From: an uncultured delta proteobacterium
Lineage (GTDB): Bacteria; Myxococcota_A; Polyangia; Haliangiales; Haliangiaceae
DNA length: 64,000 nucleotides
Direction of reading: 5' to 3'
Assembly (NCBI GenBank): GCA_963743525.1
Contig: CAVUQH010000002.1
Span: forward strand, 96,001 to 160,000
Position 1 is the first letter of the stretch. The number at the start of each line of letters is the position of its first letter. Position numbers and translations under genes: made by a program. Positions 55,567 through 64,000 of the stretch are shown piece by piece. Under the pieces are notes generated by a model. That model ran no database searches. It worked only from the letters and a program-made list of their open reading frames with translations, and had not been told where the DNA came from.

Positions 55567-56352
55567 CTACTGCTCGACGGCCTCGGGCGCGTAGCGGAAG
55601 CTGGCCTTGGCGATCTTGCCCCGCGGATCGGACAGCTTCCACGCCTGGATCGCCTGCGCCGCGCAGGTGGCCCAGTCGTCGCTGATGGCGGCACCGCTGG
55701 GCGCCGAGAAACCGGCCGACAGCACCTTGCCGCGGGTGCCGACGTACAGCGTGACCCACGCGTCCGCCGGCGCCGGCTGACACGCCGCCAGCTCGGTCAG
55801 CTTGGTCGCCACTTCCTGGTCGGCCTTGTCCTCCTCCCACCAGGTCACGGCGCGCTTGCCGCTGAACTCGAGCGGGATGTCGAACACCGCCTCGCCGCCG
55901 TGAGGCCTGGCGAAGGTCATCGCCCGAGCGACCCCCAGCAGGCACGCCTCGATATCCCACGAGCCCAGGTCGCTCTCGCCGACGTTGACCGCTTTGACCG
56001 TGCCGTCGGGATTGACCACGAAGTCGAGGCGAATCTTGCCACCGATGTAGTTGCGCCTCTTGATCCGCGAGGTGTAGCAGGCGCTCAGCGCGCCCCGGTG
56101 CGGGTCGAGGCCGTGGCGGATGTCGTACTCGTCGAGGTGACCGCGCAGGCCGGCAACGGCGAGCCCGCTGCCGTCGTCTTCGTCGTCGTCGAGCGTCGGC
56201 CCGGTCGACCGATGGTCGGTCGGTCGGTCGCCCAGCTCCATGCGGTTGTCCTCCGCGGCCTTGGGCTGTTGGGTCGCAGGCTTGTCGGCGCCGCCACACG
56301 CGGCCAGCGGCAACGACAGGAGCAACAACAGGGCGGACGAGATGGACTTCAT
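55567..56352 (-). CDS. AgmX/PglI-C (TonB-C-like) domain lipoprotein
   Basis: Lipobox LAAC; LSACY...GKI.L.F.V..DG.V...SDLGS..IE.C...F.RP. Confidence 0.75.
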   Translation of the reverse strand: MKSISSALLLLLSLPLAACGGADKPATQQPKAAEDNRMELGDRPTDHRSTGPTLDDDEDDGSGLAVAGLRGHLDEYDIRHGLDPHRGALSACYTSRIKRRNYIGGKIRLDFVVNPDGTVKAVNVGESDLGSWDIEACLLGVARAMTFARPHGGEAVFDIPLEFSGKRAVTWWEEDKADQEVATKLTELAACQPAPADAWVTLYVGTRGKVLSAGFSAPSGAAISDDWATCAAQAIQAWKLSDPRGKIAKASFRYAPEAVEQ

Positions 56353-56362
56353 GGGACTCCTA

Positions 56363-56799
56363 CTACAGGTTGGAGAAGCCGAAGGTGAAGGAGTAGTCGA
56401 GCGGCTTCTCGAGGGTCGTGATCTTCCAGCGCTTGGCCTTTTCCAGGACGCAGCGCTCGAGGGTCTTGGACTTGGGCTCTTCCTCGGTGATCTTGATGTT
56501 GCCGACGGTGCCGTCGGTCTGCACCTGGAAGCTGAGCGTCATGTGACCGCTCTGGCCGGACTTGACCTCGCCCGCCTCGAGCGCATCACCCCAGCAGTAG
56601 GCGACGAAGTTGCGCTGGCGGTCCATGTAGCGCTGGACCGCATCGAGCTTCTCCTGCGGGACGATGTACTCCTCCGGCTGGTCCTGCTGACCAGCCCCAT
56701 CATCGTCCCCGGCGACCGGCTCCTCCACCTTCTTGTGTCCGCCGCCACACGCCGTCGCTCCCACGCCCAAAGCCAGAATGATCGCCGTCGCCATTGCCT

Positions 56800-56803
<4 letters not shown>
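56363..56803 (-). CDS. AgmX/PglI-C (TonB-C-like) domain lipoprotein
   Basis: Lipobox ATAC; ATGA coupling; CW...G.MTLSF.V..DGTV...LERCV...W. Confidence 0.72.
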
Positions 56804-57951
<1,148 letters not shown>

Positions 57952-57990
57952 GGTCGAGTACCTCTCTTGAACGGCGCGGACCGCGCCAGC

Positions 57991-58773
57991 TTACTTGCCC
58001 TGGAAGGTCGGGCTGCGCTTGTCGAGGAAGGCGCGCATCCCCTCGGTCTGGTCGTCGGTGTCGAACAGACTGGCAAAGCTGCGCTCCTCCAGGAGGATGG
58101 CCGAATCCAGGCTCATCGACTGGCCGACGTGGATGAGGCGCTTGGCCTCGGCCACCGCCACCGGGCCGTTGGCGGCGATGGTCGCCGCGGTCTTGGCCAC
58201 GGCGTCCATCAGCTGATCGGGCTCGAACACGGCGTCGGCCAGACCGATGCGCAGCGCCTCCGCGGCGTCGATGACGTCGCCGGTCAGGATCAGCTGCTTG
58301 GCCTTGGCCACGCCGACCCGGCGCATCAGCCGCTGCGTCCCGCCGAAGCCGGGGATGACGCCGAGCTTGACCTCGGGCTGGCCGAAGCGGGCCTTGGACG
58401 ACGCGTAGATGAAGTCGCAGGCCAGCGCCAGCTCGCAGCCACCGCCGAGGGCGAAGCCGTTGACCGCCGCGATCCACGGCTTGGCCGACGACTCGATCGA
58501 GCTGCCCAGGTTGGCGCCCATCTCCGACAGCGCCTGGGCCTCCATGGGGCCCAGCTCGACCATCTCGGCGATGTCGGCGCCGGCAACGAACGCCTTGGCG
58601 CCGGCCCCGGTCAGCGCGACCACGGCGATGCCGTCGTCGAGCTCGAGCTCGGCCGACGCGGTCGCCAGCTCGGACAGGACCTCGCTCGACAGTGCGTTGA
58701 GCGCCTTCTCCCGCTGCACGGTGACCACCGCGAGGTGGTCCCGGTGCTCGACCGAAATGTGCTGGTAGTCCAT
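57991..58773 (-). CDS. enoyl-CoA hydratase (crotonase)
   Basis: KAFVAGADI, NGFALGGGCELALACD, FGQPEVKLG.IPGFGGTQRL. Confidence 0.95.
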   Translation of the reverse strand: MDYQHISVEHRDHLAVVTVQREKALNALSSEVLSELATASAELELDDGIAVVALTGAGAKAFVAGADIAEMVELGPMEAQALSEMGANLGSSIESSAKPWIAAVNGFALGGGCELALACDFIYASSKARFGQPEVKLGVIPGFGGTQRLMRRVGVAKAKQLILTGDVIDAAEALRIGLADAVFEPDQLMDAVAKTAATIAANGPVAVAEAKRLIHVGQSMSLDSAILLEERSFASLFDTDDQTEGMRAFLDKRSPTFQGK

Positions 58774-58790
58774 CGCGCCCCTCTGCCGGC

Positions 58791-59669
58791 TCAGGAGCCG
58801 GCGATCTTGTTGCCGCGCTCGTCGTAGCGGTGGAAACCACGCCCGGTCTTGCGCCCCAGCCAGCCGGCCGCGACGTGCTGCCGCAGCAGCGGGCACGGCC
58901 GGTATTTGTCGTCGCCCAGCTCGTTGTGCAGCACCTGGGCGATGGCCAGGCAGGTGTCCAGGCCGATGAGATCGGCCAGCTCGAGCGGCCCCATTGGATG
59001 GTTGAGGCCCAGCTTGACCCCGATGTCGATGTCGTCGGCGTCGCCGAGGCCCTCGTACAGGGCGTAGCAGGCCTCGTTGAGCAGCGGGATGAGCACCCGG
59101 TTGACGATGAAGCCGGGGATGTCGCGAGCGGCGATGGTGGTCTTGCCGAAGCTCTTGGCCAGCGCAACCGTGGTCTGGTAGGTGGCGTCGTCGGTCGGCA
59201 GCCCGCGAACCACCTCGACCAGCTTCATCAGCGGCACTGGATTCATGAAGTGCATGCCGATGACCTTCTCGGGCCGCTTGGTGGTGGCGCCGAGCTTGGT
59301 GATCGAGATCGACGAGGTGTTCGATGCCAGGATCGCGTCCGGCTTGGTTACCTCTTCCAGCTTCTGGAAGATGGCGACCTTGACCGCTTCGATCTCGGGC
59401 GCCGCCTCGACCACGAAGTCACACGGCGCCAGCGCGGCGTAGTCGCCGGCCGGCGTGATGTGACCCATGACCGCGTCGCGGGCGGCGGCGTCAATCTTGC
59501 CCTTCTCGACCAGCCGGTCGAGGGTCTTGCGGATCTTGCCGACCCCCTTCTCGGCCAGCGCCTGATCGGCGTCGAGGACGATCACGTCGAGGCCGGCCTG
59601 GGCGGCAACCTGGGCGATGCCCCGGCCCATCTGCCCGGCGCCGACCACTCCCAGCGTCTTGATCTCCAT
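58791..59669 (-). CDS. 3-hydroxybutyryl-CoA dehydrogenase
   Basis: GAGQMG.GIAQ, ASNTSSISIT, GMHFMNP, PGFIVNR, HPMGPL.LAD.IGLD. Confidence 0.95.
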   Translation of the reverse strand: MEIKTLGVVGAGQMGRGIAQVAAQAGLDVIVLDADQALAEKGVGKIRKTLDRLVEKGKIDAAARDAVMGHITPAGDYAALAPCDFVVEAAPEIEAVKVAIFQKLEEVTKPDAILASNTSSISITKLGATTKRPEKVIGMHFMNPVPLMKLVEVVRGLPTDDATYQTTVALAKSFGKTTIAARDIPGFIVNRVLIPLLNEACYALYEGLGDADDIDIGVKLGLNHPMGPLELADLIGLDTCLAIAQVLHNELGDDKYRPCPLLRQHVAAGWLGRKTGRGFHRYDERGNKIAGS

Positions 59670-59670
59670 C

Positions 59671-60850
59671 TCAGCCCTCCCGCTCGACCAGCAGGGTGAT
59701 GCCCTCGCCGCCGCCGATGCACAGCGACGCGCCGCCGGTCTTCTTGCCCAGCCGCTTCATCGCCGACAGCAGGGTGACCAGGATGCGGGTGCCGGAGGCG
59801 CCGATCGGGTGGCCCAGCGACACCGCGCCGCCGTGGACGTTGACCTTGGCCTCGTCGAGGCCGAGGGTGCGGTTGTTGACCAGCGCGACCACCGCGAACG
59901 CCTCGTTGATCTCCCAGAGATCGACCTCCTTGGGGTCCCAGCCGGCCTTCTTGCACGCCTTCTCGATGGCGCCGGCGGGCGCGGTGGTGAACCACTCGGG
60001 CGCCTGCGCGTGCTGGCCGTGGGCGACCAGGGTGGCGATGATCGGCAGGCCGCGCTTCTCGGCCACGTCCCTGGCCATCAGCACCACGGCGGCGGCGCCG
60101 TCGTTCAGCGTCGAACGCGTTGCCCGCGGTGACCGAGCCGTCCTTCTCGAACGCGGCGCGCAGCGACGGCAGCTTGTCGATGCTGCCGCGGCCGGGCTCC
60201 TCGTCGGTGTCGACCACGACGTCGCCCTTGCGACCCTTGATGGTGACCGGAGCGATCTCTTCGGCGAACCAGCCCTGCTTCTGCGCTTCCAGCGAGCGGC
60301 GGTAGCTCTCGGCGGCGTAGCGATCCTGTTCCTCGCGCGAGATCTCCTTCTCGCGGGCGCACAGCTCGGCGCAGTTGCCCATGTGCTGATCGCCGTACGG
60401 ATCCCACAGACCGTCGTGGACCATCGAGTCGAGCGCGGTGATGTTGCCGAACTTGACCCCCTGGCGCAGCTTGGGCAGCACGTGCGGGGCACCGGACATC
60501 GACTCCATACCGCCGGCGATGGCGATGTCGCAGTCTCCACTGGCGATCGCCTGGGCGGCCAGGATCACGGTCTTGAGGCCGGAGCCGCACACTTTGTTGA
60601 CCGTGGTGCAGGGCACACCCTGGGGCAGCCCGGCGCCGAGCGCGGCCTGCCGTGCGGGAGCCTGGCCGAGACCAGCAGGCAACACGCAACCCATGTACAC
60701 TTCGCCGACGTCACCGGGCTCGATCCCGGCGCGCTCGAGCGCGGCGCGAATGGCTACGGCACCCAGCTTGGGCGCGGCGACGCTCGAGAGCGATCCGAGG
60801 AAGCTCCCAATCGGTGTCCGCGCGGCCCCAACGATGACGACTTCCCGCAT
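59671..60850 (-). CDS. acetyl-CoA C-acetyltransferase (thiolase), one extra base near 60114 (probable sequencing error)
   Basis: NKVCGSG, GGMESMS, TAGNA|STLNDGAAA junction, NEAFA, GHPIGASG, CIGGG. Confidence 0.93.
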
Positions 60851-60977
60851 GCTTGGCCTCCTTGATTCGGCCCCGGGCCGCTGCCACAATGGGAGGCGGC
60901 GCGGCTCCAAAAAACCTGAACGCTTTTGAAAGTTTGACGGATGCCCAGCACGATGCCGCGCGCTGGAATCACGGCGC

Positions 60978-62882
60978 ATGGATAGCCCACGCTTCGGCCC
61001 CGAGTCAAGCCGGCGGATCACGCGCCGAGCGGGCTTCAGTGCATTGTTTTCTGCGAGGTTGGCTCAGCTCGCGCTGGCCGCCGTGGGCCTGCTCGGCGGG
61101 GCCGGCTGCAGCGGCGACAGCAGCCTGACCACGGTCGACTTTCGCGTGGTCGGGCCACCGGCCGAAACCGGCGATGGCCGCTGTCCCGAGCTGATCGCGC
61201 CGGCCCCGGTCGACCTGTCCGGCGCCGACCGGGCGCGGTTCACCTTCCGCCGGCCCGGCGGCGGCCCGTTCCTGTGCGATGTCGTCCTGCCGCTGTCCGG
61301 TCCGGCTCGCGCCGTGGTCATCCCCGCCCTGGCCGACGAGCCCGGCCCGGTGGTCATCACCGTCGAGTATTTTGGCGACTTCGGCACCGGTCCGATGCTG
61401 CTCGGCCGCGGCGACACCACCGGCGAGCCCAACACCGATCGAACCATCGACATCCACGTCACCCCGACCGGCGACTTCAGCTGCACCGACGCCAGGCCAC
61501 ACACGCCGCGGGCCTTCCACAGCCTGACCACCCTGCCCAACGGCGAGCTGCTCATCGCCGGCGGCGTCGGCGCGGGCCCGGACGGCGACGGCACCGTCAA
61601 CCCGGCGGTGGCCGCCGGCCAGCTGTTCGCGCTGGGTGACCTGGAGATCTTCGACCCGCTGGCGGGCACCGTGCGCACGCTGGCGGCCCCCTCGCTCACG
61701 CCGCGGGCGATGCACGAGGCGGTGGTGCTCCCCGACCGCGCCGACGGGCTGATCCGCGTGGCGCTGATCGGCGGGCTGACCGTCAACGGCGATCCGGAGG
61801 CGCTGCCGGTGCTGCGGCCGGGCACCGCGGCCGAGGCGTTCCGGCTGATGCCGACGGCTGACGCGGTACCGGCGCCGACCGAGGTCATCACCTACGACCC
61901 GACCCGTTTCACCGCGGCGGTCGAGCGGATCGGCGCAGTGGCCGGCACCGGCATCCTGCCCGCCGCCGGCGCCGGTGGCGGATCTCCGGTGCCGTCGCCA
62001 CCGGTCGTCTTCGGCGGCTTCGCCGACGCGACCCTGGCCGCCGGCGCGACCGCGTTCAGCGCCATCGACACCGCGTCCGGCGCGGTCTCCGGTTCCGGCA
62101 CGGCGGTCACCGCCCGCGTCGGCGCGTCGGTCACGCCGCTGGGCGACAGCCGCACGCTGGTCTGGAGCGGCGCCATCTTCGGCGCACTCGATGCCGGCTC
62201 GCGGGCCGGCGAGATCATCTCCAACGACGGCTCGGGGCCGGTGGCGGCGGCGGTGGCGTTGTCGACGACCAGCGCCGGGCCGACCCCGAGGGCGTTCCAC
62301 CGCGCGGTGCAGGTCGGTCCCGGCGAGGTGCTGATCGCCGGCGGCTTCTCCGTGGCGATGATGACCGCCCAGACGCCGGCGCCGCAGCTTGGCCAGATCG
62401 TCCACGTCGACACCGAGGTGACGGTGGAGAACCTGAGCGCGGGCGCGCCGGCGACGCCGGTCGGCTACCCGTCGCTGGCTCCGCTGGCCGGCGGCGGCGC
62501 TCTGCTCAGCGGCGGCTCACCCGACGTCGGCGCCGACGGCTGCCTGCCCGGCGACACCACCGGCCTCGGCTGCGCGGTCGCCAGCGCTTACGTCTACCGG
62601 CTGACCAGCGGCGGTCTGGCGCCAACCGGCAGCCTGCGCGTGCCGCGCTATGGCCACCGCGGTGCGCTGCTGCCCGACGGCCGCGTGGTGGTGACCGGCG
62701 GGCTGCACGCCGGCAACGCGCTGGAGCTGATCCCGGACGCCGAGATCTACGACCCGCGCACCGTCGCCGACGACCCGCTGGCCGACCTCCGCCCCGAGGT
62801 CGTGCGCGCCCCCGGCGACATCGCCCGCGACTGGCAGAGCCTCGACCCGGTCGCCGAGTGCCAGGTCATCGAGATCCCGTAG
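60978..62882 (+). CDS. Kelch-repeat lipoprotein (start uncertain)
   Basis: Repeated PR.FH/YGH....L.DG..L..GG units, AEIYDP; lipobox GAGC. Confidence 0.8.
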   Translation: MDSPRFGPESSRRITRRAGFSALFSARLAQLALAAVGLLGGAGCSGDSSLTTVDFRVVGPPAETGDGRCPELIAPAPVDLSGADRARFTFRRPGGGPFLCDVVLPLSGPARAVVIPALADEPGPVVITVEYFGDFGTGPMLLGRGDTTGEPNTDRTIDIHVTPTGDFSCTDARPHTPRAFHSLTTLPNGELLIAGGVGAGPDGDGTVNPAVAAGQLFALGDLEIFDPLAGTVRTLAAPSLTPRAMHEAVVLPDRADGLIRVALIGGLTVNGDPEALPVLRPGTAAEAFRLMPTADAVPAPTEVITYDPTRFTAAVERIGAVAGTGILPAAGAGGGSPVPSPPVVFGGFADATLAAGATAFSAIDTASGAVSGSGTAVTARVGASVTPLGDSRTLVWSGAIFGALDAGSRAGEIISNDGSGPVAAAVALSTTSAGPTPRAFHRAVQVGPGEVLIAGGFSVAMMTAQTPAPQLGQIVHVDTEVTVENLSAGAPATPVGYPSLAPLAGGGALLSGGSPDVGADGCLPGDTTGLGCAVASAYVYRLTSGGLAPTGSLRVPRYGHRGALLPDGRVVVTGGLHAGNALELIPDAEIYDPRTVADDPLADLRPEVVRAPGDIARDWQSLDPVAECQVIEIP

Positions 62883-62893
62883 GCGACCGCCCC

Positions 62894-64000
62894 TCAGCGA
62901 AACTGTCGTGCTCTCGCGAGGATAGCCGGGATCTCTTCGAGCACTACGGCAACTTCGTCGAGAGTCGTCTCCGGCCCGGTGGAGAAGCGCACAGCCTCGG
63001 CGGCGCGCTCGGCCGACAGCCCGGTGGCCAGCAGCACCGGCGAGGGCGCCACGGTTCCCGACGTACAGGCGGCGCCGGTCGAACACGGCCACGCCGGCCA
63101 GGTCGAGGGCGGTGACGACCACCTCGCCCAGAGCGCCGTCGAAGCCGGCGTTGACCGTGTTGCCAACCCGGCGTGCGCCCCCGCCGTGGATGCGCACGCC
63201 GTCGATGGCGAGCAGCCCGGCCTCGAGCGCTGCGGCGGCGCCGTTGGCCGCGGCCCGGCGCGCCTCGCCGTCGGTGCGGGCCAGCTCGGCCGCCGCGCCG
63301 AAGCCGACCGCGCCCAGCAGGTTCTCGGTGCCCGGACGTCGTCCCCGCTCCTGGCCGCCGCCCGCCGGCGGCGCTGCCAGCTCGACGCCGCCGGCGATCC
63401 ACAGCGCGCCACAGCCGGCCGGGCCGCCGATCTTGTGCGCCGAGACTGCCACCGCGGAGGCGCCCAGCTGCGCGACCGCCAGCGGCAGCTTGCCCAGCGC
63501 CTGGACCGCGTCGGCCAGCACCGCCACCCCGTGCCCGCGGGCGATCGCCGACAGCGCCGCCACCTCCTGCACCGTGCCCAGCTCGTGGTTGGCCACCTGC
63601 AGCGTCAGCAGCGCGGCGCCGGCGGCACATTCGCGGGTCAACGCGTCGGCATCGACCACGCCGTCGGCATCGACCGGCAGCTCTTCCACCGCGAAGCCGT
63701 CTCCGGCCAGCGCCCGGCACGCCCCGGTGACCGCCGGGTGCTCGATGCCGCTGGTCAGGATCCGCGCCGGCCGCCCGGCCGCACGCGCCGCCCGGGCCAG
63801 ACCGCGAACGCCCAACAGGTCGGCCTCGGTACCACCGCTGGTGAAGACCAGCTCGCTGGCCGCGGCCCCGAGCAGCGCCGCAACCTGGGCGCGCGCGCGC
63901 TCGAGTCGGTCCCGGGCCGCGCGCCCTTCCGCGTGCACACTCGACGGGTTGCCGGACGGGGCCTGCGCCAGCTCGGCCACGGCGCGGCGCACCGCCGGCG
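62894..64000 (-). CDS. cysteine desulfurase (IscS/NifS family), 5' partial, one extra base near 63082
   Basis: GNPSS.H, FTSGGTEA, DAVQ..GK, SAHKIGGP, GGQE...R.GTEN, AV|STGAAC.SG junction. Confidence 0.92.

Noticed and set aside
52796..56299. 1167-aa fusion ORF
   Set aside because: Chance in-frame concatenation of the ACAD N-terminal half (via the frameshift) with the cupin lipoprotein across other genes.
60906..60930. AT-rich imperfect palindrome upstream of the thiolase as an operator
   Set aside because: Weak symmetry and no second copy; cannot be distinguished from promoter sequence.

Overview
Very GC-rich bacterial DNA with typical Myxococcota (Haliangiales/Polyangia-like) content: MYXO-CTERM proteases, Ser/Thr kinases, an FHA-GAF sigma-54 activator, AgmX/PglI-C-like lipoproteins and Cys/Asp-rich surface proteins. 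About 60 CDSs are supportable. These include housekeeping genes (phoH, ybeY, mazG, rpsT, holA, rlmD-like, ihfB) and an acyl-CoA/B12-mutase cluster. The most striking structure is a composite element present twice (about 22.7-26.2 kb and 41.5-43.5 kb). Each copy has a DUF222-like HNH nuclease gene with its own in-frame 12-bp repeat expansion, a conserved ~195-nt upstream segment ending in a hairpin, a ~135-nt copy-specific segment, a GC hexamer microsatellite, and an identical 20-bp-stem hairpin. An intact IS3-family element sits inside the microsatellite of copy 1. Copy 1 appears to separate a sigma-54 activator from a sigma-54 promoter. Separately, three of four apparent frameshifts and several substitutions in conserved residues fall on GTCGAC sites. 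This points to methylation-linked basecalling errors, and so to a GTCGAC-modifying methyltransferase, rather than to real pseudogenes. No tRNA, rRNA or CRISPR array was recognised. Domain names are from motif recognition by eye, not database searches.
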